Source of the DNA: Leucoraja ocellata
Lineage: Eukaryota
Assembly: GCA_036785375.1 (NCBI GenBank)
Contig: JAWMAR010000081.1
Span: 3,100,001-3,164,000, forward strand
Direction of reading: 5' to 3'
Length of the DNA: 64,000 nt
The first letter of the stretch is position 1. The number at the start of each line of letters is the position of its first letter. A model generated the notes under the pieces. It saw only the letters and a list, made by a program, of their open reading frames with translations. It ran no database searches and was not told the origin of the DNA. Made by a program: the position numbers and the translations under genes. Shown here piece by piece: positions 27,948 to 40,779 of this stretch.

Positions 27948-29513
27948 GTAGTTACATGGATATGAGATTTTTCTTGGACAGCTGCAGCAAGTTGCATGTA
28001 ATTGGTTATGAGACGTGGCGTGTCCATTCTAATGCTTTCTTAGCTTTAATATACAAGTTCATGATTTCATGGTCTTGAGTGTTTTGACACCTGATACATT
28101 GCATGACCAATGCAAAAATACTCTGATTGTGTTTAAAAGTAATCTAATGGAATGTTTGGAATTGATAAATAACAGTTTGGTTGTCTAACGTTTAATCAGT
28201 TCACCTGCATGATGTGCAGTACATGGTCAATAAAACCTGGCATGGAAATGAGAAATACAGACGCAACAAATTTGATGGAATATTTTAAGAAATGTATTGG
28301 ACAATACGAGAACTATACTGCTTGATCCATTTCAGAGATATAAATTTGTGCCTCTAGTTTGCTTTTTAACTCTTTCCATACCAAGAGATTATTTCACCAT
28401 TTGGTGGACAGGTAATATGTATCTAGGTCTGAACCAGAGGTGTTTGATGCATCTTCAAAAGGCACAAAAACGACCTCCTATTAAGCCACTCTTCCCTTTC
28501 AGAAAATTGATTAGCTTCCATTTCCACTGTGAATTTAAACCATTGAAAAGGATATGATAATGAGTCTACGTCTGCACATACAAAATTAGAAAAGAGCTGC
28601 CAGACCATCAGCATGGCCTAAACTCGTGATGGCTGGAATCTTGGATTTGTGGCATCCTCTTTCACTTCCACTGCTTCTACAATACAAATAGAGAAAAAAT
28701 GGCCAATAGAAGAACAATTACTCTGCTTTCTGCCAGAAAGCAATATTCCAGTTTCACAGATCATGACATTAAAGGGCTCTTCTACAGGATACAATTCTGC
28801 TTTTTCAACAGAGCTGAAGTGAGTCAGTGCCTACTACATTAATGAGCATTAGCTTCCAGAAACTAGGAAAAGAAGAATTGCATAACATCCAGTCTATTCC
28901 TGTTTGCGCAGAGTTTACGTCCACGTCCCTTAGTGTTTGTTAAATTGCAGCATTCTAACAATAGGTATGCTATGTAATTTAATAGACTTGTTAGGTCATC
29001 TCATTCAAAAAATGATTGCAAAAAATTGTTTGGATCCCAAATGTAAACAAGAAAAACATGAATTATCAGCCATTTGGTTTATGGTATACCACCAAAACAT
29101 TCAGTTTTATATATTCATTTATATATTTTATGTATTAATATATGAATATATATGCTTATATGCCATATATTAATACCGATATTATTCACTGATATTATGT
29201 AGTGACTCCATATCTAGAACAAGACTTTTGACTTTCTAAATGCATTCTATTTAACCGGGAGAAGTCATTCCGAATAGCGTTCCTACGTCTTTTGCAGAAA
29301 TAATAATTATTTTATTCCACTTCAATTATTTTTACTTGAATTCTCATTTCAAATACCATGTTATGTAACCACAGAGAAAATGATTACCTTTCTGATTTCA
29401 CACCTATTAATCTGTACCAGCCCACTGCATTGCCAAGCTGCTTCTACCATAGTTGTCCTACATCAGATAATGTGGATGATCACAGTGTTTGTTTTCTCTG
29501 AAATAAATTACAG

Positions 29514-29594
29514 AACCTGAGATGCCACCTACAAGCAGTAAACTTTTCGATCCAACATCTGAACCTGATGACATGGATACACAAACATTCACAG
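29514..29594 (+). CDS. Exon R5 (81 nt): (E)PEMPPTSSKLFDPTSEPDDMDTQTFT
   Basis: attacag acceptor, TTC ACA G|GTAG donor, symmetric phase 1. Confidence 0.8.
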
Positions 29595-30282
29595 GTAGCT
29601 CAGTGATGCATAAAAAAATTGTGATGTATTTTACAATATACTGCATGCATTATATTTCACCTTTCAACAGCATCATTTTTGTCATCTACATCTGCATTTG
29701 TATACATAATAGTTTTCAATGAGAGCATGTTGGGGTTTTTTCCAGTTACTTAGTCGGATTTGGGGCTGTTTGCATGATAGGTATTTGTACTTTTCTCAAA
29801 AAAAATTATTGGTCCACAAACTGGACTGAAATGTACTGATTTATTGCTACATTTCATGATGGTTTTTTTCCACATTTAATTTATTCCAAAAACTATAAAT
29901 TGCACAAACCATATTTACAATCTTTTTTTAACAATCTGTATAAATCCTCCCTTTCTATCCTACTCCCAATTCTCACCTGCATTACTTTTGAAAATTGTCG
30001 ATAAGTTCATATTCATTTTCATGCAAGTTCTTTTGAACAGTTCTTTGGAAGACACAGAAGGAAACTTGGCTGATTTTCAGTTTCTCATTTTACGCCACTC
30101 ATATGTTTAACTCAGAATTGCACTGCTTGAAAAAATTGTGGACTATGCTTTTGTTGCTTGTATATTAATGCAATAGTGTGTTGTATTCGAAGCTATTTAT
30201 CATCTTGCCCATCACAAATAGTAGAACCTGAGGTGAAGTTCACTGCATTCAGAGTTCTGTTTCAGATATCCTTTTCAAGTAC

Positions 30283-30984
30283 AGGGCCTGTCGCACTTAC
30301 GTGTCCTTGGCATGCAAATGACGCAACCCCCGTCATCGCATTGAGGCGCACGGGCATCGTATGGCCGCGCGGGGCCGGTCCCACTGAGAAGCGCGGATGG
30401 GTATGTAGTTGTGTGTGACATCGCGCGGGGCTCCGAAATTTTTATAGTGAATGAAAGCAAAATCTTCACGCGCCAACGGCCTGACGCGTAACTGACGGCC
30501 AAAGTGGGACTGGCCCAAGACCCTGGCGCGACGCAATGTCTTGCCTCCAACAGCAGCAGAAGCAGGCAAACGATCGCCAAACTCGGCCTGGGGCTGACGG
30601 CTATTGCGGTCTGGATCCGCCCCCACTTCTACACTCAGAGCGGGGCCAAGAATATTGAAGATGGACACAAAATGCAGGAGTAACTCAGCGGGACTGGCAG
30701 CATCTCTGAAGAGATGCAATGGGTGATGTTTTGGGTCAAGACCCTTCTTTTCAGACTGAAGAAGAGTCTCGACACGAAACATCACCCATTGCTTCTCTCC
30801 AGAGATGCTGCCAGTCCCGCTGAGTTACTCCAGCTTTGTGTCCATCTTCAAATGACGCCACATGCTCCAGATGGCTGTGCGTACGCATGAAATCGCACGC
30901 GACCTTCGTGGGACCGTCGCGGCTCAACGCGACCACAAGGTCGCGTAATTTGCATGCCAAGGACACGTAAGTGGGACAGGCCCT
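30283..30984. mobile_element. PIF/Harbinger-like MITE
   Basis: TIRs agggcctgtcgcacttacgtgtccttggcatgcaaat / atttgcatgccaaggacacgtaagtgggacaggccct; flanks tac / taa (degenerate 3-bp TWA TSD); related partial copy at 39309-39480. Confidence 0.8.
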
Positions 30985-32791
30985 TAAGGATGTGTAAGTT
31001 TCATTTCTATCTTATAATAATTTCAAACATTTGGAGCTTTTGAACAAGGACTCAACACATTTTGTTGTTAAAGCTCAGTAATGGTCCAAATGCGACTTCT
31101 TCAGCATCTAGTTTGTAGTCCTTTAACCATAAAAAATAGGTAATTTCTCATAATCTACTTGCTATTGCATGAAAGCTGCACAAGAGGAAATAAGTTAGTA
31201 AGGTAAGTAAATTCAATTAAGTAATGTATTCTTTTACTAGTGTACGCTTTGCTTTTAAGCTTTAGGAGGATATCAATGATATTCCAATATGTATTTCAAG
31301 AATATCATTGAAATCCTCCTAAAGTATCCTCCTAAAGCAGAGTATTTCTTCTTTCGCTTTCCTCAAGACATTGTTTACTAGCTAATCTACAATCCTTTGT
31401 TCTGGCATTTGGGCTTTTGAAGAAAGTAGAACACAAGATAAATCCAGAAAATGCCAAGACATATTTAGTAGGTATGGAGAGTAAAATAAAATAAATATTT
31501 TGTTTAAATGAGTGTGAGGAACAGCATTTACATATATCAACTTCTGTGAAGGTCTATTGCTGTCTTCCAGACTCAACACTGAGTTCGACAATTTCAGATA
31601 ATCACTCCTCCTGCATATGTACTCTGATTTCCAACATTTCCGCGGATTTCATATTCATTCCACATCATTATTCTAAATTTCTACGTCCTTCAAGCTTTTG
31701 CTATCATTTATCACCCCTTTTGTCATACAATTTCTCCTGCCTTTCATCCTGTCACTGTCTTGCTTTTTTGTTCCTTCCTCCCCTTGTGTCTGCATTTTAA
31801 AACTTTTTTAACTGTAGCCCTAGTCCTATGAAGGATTTTTTTTTTACCTCAACCATTGACTGACTGTTTCTTTCTATATAAATGCTGCCTGATATGTAAT
31901 TTCCAGCATTCTACTGCTTTTATTTCAGGTTTCGAGCATAAGCCATGTCCTTGCTTTTGCATTGCAATATAAGCATTATTTCTTACTATTCTGATGGTCA
32001 TTCAATTACTTCCATTGTTTTGGAGCCAAACTGTGTCGTTGTTTCAACTTTCATCATCCGTGCCATTCCTGTATCCTCCTTGTGCAGACTATGTTAGAAG
32101 AATTATTGTGGAATCAGGATCTATTGGGCTTCCTTGTCCCAAAAAAACCTTAGTGTCAGTGAGGATAGATGAGGACCAACCAACAAGAAGCGAGGATAGA
32201 GGAAGGAGAATACAGAATAATTTGGAGGGGAAGGAGCAACATGATGTAAGGGAGGAAAGGCTGTGCATGTTTGAACTGATATGTCAGAGGATAAAGATGC
32301 CAGTTCGAATTGAAAAGGGAAAGGATCACCATGAATTGAGCACAGGACAAAAATATATCCATGTATGTAGCCTATTACCATGTCTATTCGAGATTTTCCA
32401 ATAGCTATAAGAACCGTGGCGAGCACTGCATGAATGCAACTATTCCATCTTAACGTTATTCTGCACGTTGTCACTTTTATTAGTTTAGTTAACTTGTTTG
32501 ACAGTGCAAAGTGCACGCATGTCTCGTGTTATACATTTATGTTTAATTTCCTTATTAGAGAAGGAAAATTTGTCAACTTCCTACTCATTTTGCTGAACTC
32601 AGACTTACTTTGCAGAACAGTTGTTGGCTTCAGACCTCTTCCTGTCACTCCTTTTGTGCAGTTTGTGTGGATTTCAGTCTGTGGGATTGATATGTGCTGT
32701 ATATCTATGTCTTCTTTAAAACAATGCATTTGATTTTTACCTTTGTTTACAAATTGTCAGTTTTATTTGGTTTCTCTGAAATGCATTACAG

Positions 32792-32872
32792 AGCCTAAAA
32801 TACGATACTCCAGCACCTCCTCTCTCAATCCAGTTCCTGAATCAGTTACTATGGACACGGAGATATTCACAG
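32792..32872 (+). CDS. Exon R6 (81 nt): (E)PKIRYSSTSSLNPVPESVTMDTEIFT
   Basis: cattacag acceptor, TTC ACA G|GTAG donor, symmetric phase 1. Confidence 0.8.
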
Positions 32873-33323
32873 GTAGTTTGACAATGGCTGTTATATAACT
32901 GCCTTTTTGAAAGAATAGGCTGCATTTCTTTAAAAAGAAGTGTACTTTACCTTGGAATGCTTTAATGTCAATATGTTGTAATATGCAAAGTAAGTGAAGA
33001 TAGTGTTGCAAAGCGTATTTTATGATCTAGCATCCATAAAGAATTATTCATCTTGCATCAAAGTTAATATTATATTTGCTAGACCTGTTTTTCATGATGA
33101 ATGACAACTTATGCCTGCAAGTCAATTATTGTCTTTGATCAAACAATATGGGCATTAAACTTTATCTGGAATATATTTTACATAGGACAAACTGAATAAG
33201 TTTGAGGGTCTTTTAGATATAATTATTTATGTGCTTGGATATTCTTCCATTGAAACTACTGTGGCATCTTATAATATTTGAAATTACAGGCATTTTTCTT
33301 TGTTTCTATGAATGATATTACAG

Positions 33324-33407
33324 AGCTTCCATCCAGTACTAGTTCATTTTCGTCCAGTTCAGATATGGTTTCCAAACCTGATGTCGTGCACACAGAGTGG
33401 TTCACAG
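33324..33407 (+). CDS. Exon R7 (84 nt): (E)LPSSTSSFSSSSDMVSKPDVVHTEWFT
   Basis: attacag acceptor, TTC ACA G|GTAG donor, symmetric phase 1. Confidence 0.8.
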
Positions 33408-34073
33408 GTAGATTATTGACTAGAGCATGTTGCGCTGTGTTGCTGTATGTGCTGAATTCAGCATATCCATTGTGCACCTCATATATTTAAATACATAAGT
33501 GATGAGTACAATATTGTATTAGTCACCAGTAGTCATCCATGTCATGTGAGCATGTTCCAGCAAAAAGTATGTTGTCTGGTTGATGGCTTTTTCTCAATGT
33601 AGCCAAGAATTGGTTTGCTTTTGCAAAGTGCGCAAGTCAGCAAACAGCATGCAAATGAGCACTGATAAGCAACATAATTCAATTATATGTCAAATCTACC
33701 TTGCTTGGGCACGACACATTATTTAAAATCAAAGTGAATCATTGCTTGGAAAGTCCACGTTTTTGTCTACGTTGTGTCTTGTCCGGCTGGTTACTTCCAC
33801 TTCGCAGATTATTTTGTGTATTTTTTTAATTTTTGTGCCTTCTGCTTTAATCACAGAACTAGTGTAAATGATTTTATATGCAGCATGGATTTCATGCATT
33901 GTACTTTATTGGTATAGTTGCTATATGGTTTCTAATCTAACATTTAGTCTGTCTACAATTTGCATGAATTGTGCTCTTTGGCGTTTGAAGCATTTCAGTG
34001 GACTTTGAGGATGATGAAGGAAAAAAAATCAAATCCGTTAAAAAGGTGTTTTATTCCATTTGGTAAAAAACAA

Positions 34074-34157
34074 AGTATGAGGAACCATCCTCCAGTGGTG
34101 CATTTTACATCTATTCACCCACAACCTCAGCACCTGATAATGTGAAACAATTCACAG
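34074..34157 (+). pseudogene. Dead repeat exon (84 nt): (E)YEEPSSSGAFYIYSPTTSAPDNVKQFT
   Basis: Open frame ending TTC ACA G, but donor reads ATAGTT instead of GTAGTT and the acceptor position reads CAA. Confidence 0.7.
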
Positions 34158-35214
34158 ATAGTTAGTGCATATGAGATAGATATATCTATTATCAATAACA
34201 ATAATGTGTTGCTCAATATCAACAATATGTACTATAGTTACATGTGGGAGACTTCAATGACCATCATCAGTAGCAGCACGGTATTATCACCATAGACTGA
34301 GATGGCAGAATCCTGAAGTTCAGAGCTCTGGACTGGATAGCCAGTAAGCAGCAATTGAACCAATACAAGGGATAAGTCTGTACAATCACATCCTTACCAG
34401 TGTACCTATTGTAAATGCATCAGTTGATGACAGCGCTGGTACAAGTGACCAATGTGCAGTTCTTGTGTAGCCTAAGTCTTGGCTTGATACTGAGTGCATT
34501 ACCATCATGTTACGTTGTTCTCCAATGTTGCTAAATAATACTGACTCTGAATCGGTCTGGCAATTCAGTATCATGAGGTGAGGTAGACTGTTAGCGGCAG
34601 CAGATATGTACATTACCACATTTACCTGCCAGTTACGGTTAGCTTAACTTTCATTCTACTGTTGCAATCAAGCTGAGGATCAACCCTAGTTAAATTAGGG
34701 GTGCAGGCGGAGAGCGGCATTTGTTGCCCAAAAAAGTGAGATGGTAAACTTATGAAGCTGCAGCAGAAGACAACATGTATGCTAAACATAACATGCAACA
34801 GTCTGAACCAACCAGTACATCAGATTACAACTCTGCTGTCCAGACATATCCGGTCATGATTGGTGGTGGTCAATTCAACAGCTAAGAGCAGGAGGAGGCT
34901 CCAAAAACATTTATATCCTCCGGATTGGATTGGCCAGGCCCAACACATAAATGCCGAAGACGAGACTGAATGGTGGAAAGATGGAATGAAAAATGAGTCG
35001 GCAAAGTCATTGTCATCCTGTTGAAAGCTATTCAATATTTACGAGAGAATGCTGCAAGGATTGAGTAAAAGAATCATATTAATTGTTGGAAATAACAGAA
35101 ACATCTGTTGTGGGACATCCTTAGCTAAAGTTCCAAACCAAATGTTGTAGAAGTTTTTGCATCAGCCATTCTAAGGAGAAAATGTCTGTAGAGGGAAACT
35201 TGATGGAGTCTTGC

Positions 35215-35760
35215 AGTGCAGTTTTTGTCTCCTAATCTGAGGAAAGACATTCTTGCGGTAGAGGGAGTACAGAGAAGGTTCACCAGACTGATTCCTGGTA
35301 TGTCAGGACTTTCATATGAAGAAAGATTGGATAGACTCGGCTTGTACTCGCTAGAATTTAGAAGATTGAGGGGGGATCTTATAGAAACTTACAAAATTCT
35401 TAAGGGGTTGGACAGGCTGGATGCAGGAAGATTGTTCCCGATGTTGGGGAAGTCCAGAACAAGGAGTCACAGCTTAAGGATAAGGGGGAAATTTTTTGGG
35501 ACTGAGATGAGAAAAACATTTTTCACACAGAGAGTGGTGAATCTCTGGAATTCTCTGCCACAGGTAGTTGAGGCCAGTTTATTGGCTATATTTCAGAGGG
35601 AGTTAGATGTAGTCCTTGTGGCTAAAGAGATCAGGCGGTATGGATAGAAGGCAGGTACAGGATACCGAGTTGGATGATCAGCCATGATCATATTGAATGG
35701 CGGTGCAGGCTCGAAGGGCCAAATAGCCTACTCCTGCACCTATTTTCTATGTTTCTATGG
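35215..35760 (+). mobile_element. CR1 LINE 3' fragment
   Basis: ORF 35216..35647 (LSYEERLDRLGLYSLEFRRLRGDLIETYKI..FTQRVVNLWNSLP); tttctatg tail. Confidence 0.95.
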
Positions 35761-36907
35761 ACATTGAATGTCATTAAAGTAGTTAATTACGAATTTAAAA
35801 AAGTAATTTGCTTAGGTATTTTATTCCTGTCATATCATTGACTTAACAGTTGGAAGATCAGGAGTTGTAAATCCCTGTGTCTGTTGTTTGGCATTGTGTT
35901 TGATGAAGTTAATAATGGCAAGTATAACATTGGTGTCCAGCAATATAAATAAGCTATAACAAAGCATACATTATTTTAATTTATCATTTTAGATATTTAT
36001 TTGATTCATTTTGACTGAGTGAACAGTGACAGTGAATAGCTTCAATATTGCATTTGTTCAGCCAGTTGGTATGGTAAATATCTCAGGTACTTCGCAAGAG
36101 TGTATGAAACAAAATCTTCAAACATCAGTGGCCTTTATATTGGTTAATCAGAGATATCTTGCTTGTGATTGGGAACTAAACTTGACCATTCTTTGTGTGA
36201 CATTAATTTCCTTTAAATTCCCATTTCCTCAAGTTATGAAATTATGACCTGTGCCTTACGAATAGTTGTGATAATTAATTTTACTTTGGAATGAATATTG
36301 TAGTGAAAGCTGTACATATCCACTATTTGTATCAAATGTGATATTTTCACAAATTTTAAAGTACATCACTGTAAAACACTCGGGTTTGCCTGAAATGCAC
36401 TGCATTGGACCAAATACTTCAAATGAGAAAATATTGTAAATAAATAGTATTTCTAAAATTAATTTTCATTCTTTCCCGAATCATCTTACCCTGATAACAT
36501 TTTATAGACATTTAGAGAAAGTCCATCACTTAGTCATTTTATTATGATGTTTTTGAAAGGCACATCAAAGAATTCTGTTAAGAATGTGCATTAATTAAAG
36601 TATAACCACTTTCACACAGTCAGATCTATTTTTAAAACCATACATCTGTTTCCTCTTCAGCATTAATAATTCTGTGGTCTGTTGATGCATAATTACAAAT
36701 GTATTAAAGATTGAATAGAATAGAGTTTTGCGCACTATGAAAAAACAAAATATCTAAATGACATAGGAAAGTTGAATGAATGGAATAGTTCAGCTACATT
36801 CTTGGTGTTTGTGGTTTGCAGGCATGAGGGGTTGCAAGGTATACTTCTGCACCTATTTTCTTATGTTCATATCACGGAGTTTGCTCTTTGTTTTGACCAA
36901 ATTGCAG

Positions 36908-36997
36908 AACGTGTGGTTGAGCCCACCGCCAATTCATTTTTCACCACCTCAAATACAATTTATGAATTTGATTCTCCACAACGGGAGCAGATTTCAG
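36908..36997 (+). CDS. Exon R8 (90 nt): (E)RVVEPTANSFFTTSNTIYEFDSPQREQIS
   Basis: attgcag acceptor, TCA G|GTAG donor, symmetric phase 1. Confidence 0.75.
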
Positions 36998-37476
36998 GTA
37001 GTATGTAGATAAGTTATGGCATGGATGCACACTTCCTTGTCCTGTTCACCACTTGAATGCAAACACATTATCTATGTGCTTTCTTGCTCTTGAAAGATGG
37101 AAAGTGGCAAAATACATCAATAAGCCAATATACAATCACGCAGTGCAATACATTAGAAATAGTTTGGTAAGCAAATCTACATATTTTAGCTTTAGAATCT
37201 AGCTTTAGTCAGGTATCAATGTATCAATGACAATTTGCATGAATCAAATTATTAAGTGAACAATTTGCATGGAGGTATAATTTAAATACATCAGATTACT
37301 TCAGAGTACTGCTTAGCTTGATCAATGTATTCCATCATGCTTGGCCACTGCTCTGCATATATTTATATGGTTTTGAATTTGGAATGCTATAAATGTTCAC
37401 ATCTTATTTGATACCATGCAAAACAGTCCAGTTGGTAAAATACATGCTTTATTTGTATTCTCTGAATAAGTTCCAG

Positions 37477-37563
37477 AATTTGGGAAACCATTCTTGAGCA
37501 GTTCGCCTGTCAACTCTTTAGAATCATCTAAAAATGATGCAGTGGAACCAAAACAATCCACAG
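37477..37563 (+). CDS. Exon R9 (87 nt): (E)FGKPFLSSSPVNSLESSKNDAVEPKQST
   Basis: gttccag acceptor, ACA G|GTAT donor, symmetric phase 1. Confidence 0.75.
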
Positions 37564-38993
37564 GTATTCTCAACGAGAAACTTGAATTAGCCTTGATTTG
37601 TTTCAATGTGTTAATTCCATCATTTTATTCACATATATAAATGTCATTGTTATTGTCAGTTTCATTTTCTCACCTGAAATGAAAAATCAGAAGGTCCGAA
37701 TGACCAGTAAGAAATTTGCATCCTTAAACGTAGAAAATGTGATTGACCAGCAGTCAGTTAGAGTATTTGCATAAAATAGATTCCTAATCAGTAGAATTTT
37801 GTTTGGAGTGAAGTAAATCAATACGCTCATGAAACTATAGCTCACAGGTACTTAAACATGTGTACTTTGTTGCTCCTAAATAGCGCATTATTCTGAGGAT
37901 TCATTCTACACATTTGGTGGTAGAACATTGTTCAATATACCTTGGATCATTTGGATTATTTTGGTTGGAAAGAATTTCTGAGATGTATATCCCGAAATTG
38001 GTTTAAGTATTCATCTCCCTTATCTCCCTCTTGTGGGAGATGACTTTTGAGATGGAGTCATGATTTGCAGATAAAGTGCAGAATCGATGAGCTGATCTTT
38101 TCGTATCCTATGTTCTCATATATTTGCTTGTTACCTGAAAGCACTGTTTGGTGAAGTGCTCTGTATCGATGTACATTTTTAAACATTATATTTAGTCGGC
38201 ATTCAGAACCATTTTGACTTCTGAGTGCAGTAATGATGGAGTGTATTGGAACTAGCTGAACATGATTTGGATTATGAGAAAAAAAACCCTTTAGAAATGA
38301 AAATAATAGTGTACAAAAGCATGAAAAGAACAAAATACACAAATGGCCTTATCATTAGTTGTGATTATTATTTCTTGCTTACCACTTTAGTTCATTGATT
38401 GACTTGTTTCTTTGCTACTCTTCTAATGCTGGCTTTCACCAAAATTTGTTTTGTTGACTTAAGATCTTGAGCCGCTGCTTTCTTTTACCATTAACTACAT
38501 GTTTGTGCTGAAAATCAGTATTTGGTAAAACATAAGAACAAAAGAACTAAAAACAGGTTAGGGTAATTGGACCTTCACATGCACTCAGCCATTCAAAAGA
38601 TCATGGCTGATCTTCATTTTAGCACCACTTTTATATGCTTTATATATAAACCTCTATCAACTCCTGTTTTTAGTGTACAAGTATGAGAACCTCCTCAACC
38701 CGCCTAGCTCAAATTCCAACAAGTGGAAATCCCCAGACTGGAAAGCTACATGTTCTGCCTCTGCCTATGTACTGCTATTCTACATTAGCAGTACATAGAC
38801 TTAGCAACCCAGATGTGATCATCTCCCCATCTATCTTGTCACGTCATGTGAGAATTTTGCATATTGTGCCGAACATGATGTCAAGTTAAACTAATCTTAT
38901 CTGCCTGCTCATAATCCATATCCCTCCATATCCCTGACATAAGGTATCAAATGGCCAACCTGCTTCTTTTCCTTGTATTCTTAAGTTCTAGAA

Positions 38994-39210
38994 CAGGGGT
39001 TCCCAACCTTTTTCGTCCCGTTTACACCTGGCAACTTTAATAGCACATAACAATGTTATTTCACTTATTTATGAACAACTAATGATGAACAGATACCGGT
39101 ATACCAGAACCAAACACAGTCAGTCAATGAGAAAATATATGTACAAATCGAGAGAATAAACAAATTTACCCCCTGGGTAGGAAACATTTACCCCAGGTTG
39201 GGAACCCTTG
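38994..39210. mobile_element. hAT (Charlie-like) MITE, 217 bp
   Basis: TIRs caggggttcccaacct / aggttgggaacccttg; perfect 8-bp TSD ttctagaa at 38986-38993 and 39211-39218. Confidence 0.9.
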
Positions 39211-40103
39211 TTCTAGAACATTCACAGCATTGTGGGAGTAGCTTCACTAGAAGGTATGCAGCAGTTCAGGAAGACCGCTCACCGCCACCAGGAAATTAGG
39301 TTGTGTAAAGGGCCTGTCCTATTTACGCAATTTTTTCGCCGACTGCCAGCACCCGTCATTGTCGCAGCAGGTCGCTGAAAATTTTCAATGTGTTGAAAAT
39401 CCAGTGGCGACCAGAAAAAGGTACGACTATTTGGGCGATTACTCATGACCATACAGGCGTCACCCCGCGACATGTCTGGAAAGAATGGTGGAACAACCAT
39501 GTGCCACACTAATGTGCTGGGAGAAAATGTCACTGTTGATAGGAAAATCTAATGTTCATCTGGGACTGCCAGAACATCTATCAATGGAAAGTGAAATCAT
39601 CCTTGAATGTAAGCTTGAGCAAATCTATTCAAATGTGCAAAGTATTTCTGAAATTATAACTGAACTATCATTAAGAGATGATCTGCTATAGAACCTGGTG
39701 AATTTAAAGAGAAAATATATCCCGAGTGAAGGGCACTTGTCTTGTCAATGAAGATGTTTTGTTGGGTAAGTGTAGTAATTATTAGATCATATGGTAATAT
39801 ATTTAAGGTTTCCTACATAACCGTGGCAGTTAGATTAAAAAGACGTGTTAGAAGAAATGTTTGTGAGCCAGAGGAATTTTCACTGCTAACTTGGACAAAA
39901 TAAATTCCCAAGTCTAAAATGGTTCAAGTTCCTCTTTATTTTTGCTGTCAACAACAAAACATAAATGCTTATCTTTTTCCTTCAGACCTTTTTTGATTGA
40001 TAAACACTGTTGGCCATACGACAAGGTGTGGGTTCCTTTTGGAAAAATGTTAATTCATTTTCTGAATCCAAGAATTTTATATTTTTTCCAATGCACATGC
40101 TAG

Positions 40104-40187
40104 AATCATCATTCACCACAAGTAAAGCCTTCATCACTTCAAATCCAATTACTGATGCAGACAACAAAGTTCAACAGCCATTTGCAG
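40104..40187 (+). CDS. Exon R10 (84 nt): (E)SSFTTSKAFITSNPITDADNKVQQPFA
   Basis: atgctag acceptor, GCA G|GTAA donor, symmetric phase 1. Confidence 0.75.
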
Positions 40188-40779
40188 GTAATTTTAATTT
40201 TAAACACAGCAAAAAATACCTAACTTTTGTTTAAAGATAAATTGTTGGCATCTCTTAACATTGGGAAAACACAAACCATGCAACTTATCTCTTCCTTTGC
40301 TGGTTATCTTTCCAAATTTATAATATGTAGTAAACATGATACTCAAAGTTTAGATTGGCACAGGAAAGGACAAGGAGCTTGCCAGCTTACTTATTCGGAG
40401 GACACCCAATTTTAAATAATTTTAAAAACAGACTTGTCAAATTGGGGTCAAATATTTGAGAACATGTAGTTCTGCCTAAAATGCACGAGTTTCCATTGTG
40501 CTAAATGGATATAATGTGTTTGAGAAATTGGGGAAGACTATTTGTATTATGTGGGCTGAATAGGTTATCCCATGTAGTTATTCAAAAAGACCTTTATTTT
40601 CCGAAAATCCTGCAGGAAAATAATTTTGTTATTAAGGGTCTGAAATTTTCTGGGCCTAAATCCTCTATTCCCTATTAACACATTTGTTTTCTTAACATGA
40701 TTTTCTATAACGTGAGGTTTCTTAGATATGCAGCTATAGCATCATAGCAGAACTACCTGTACCATAGTAACAATCTCGA

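Noticed and set aside
28358-28411. 54-nt phase-1 segment ending ACA G|GTAAT (CFLTLSIPRDYFTIWWT)
   Set aside because: Composition unlike the family and the better acceptor at 28335 is out of frame; at most a decayed copy
31994-32516. 136-aa and 131-aa antiparallel ORFs
   Set aside because: No recognisable motifs or convincing splice boundaries; likely chance ORFs
37795-37847. gtag...ctcacag|gtactt exon-like segment
   Set aside because: 53 nt with stops in the expected frame; too decayed to call
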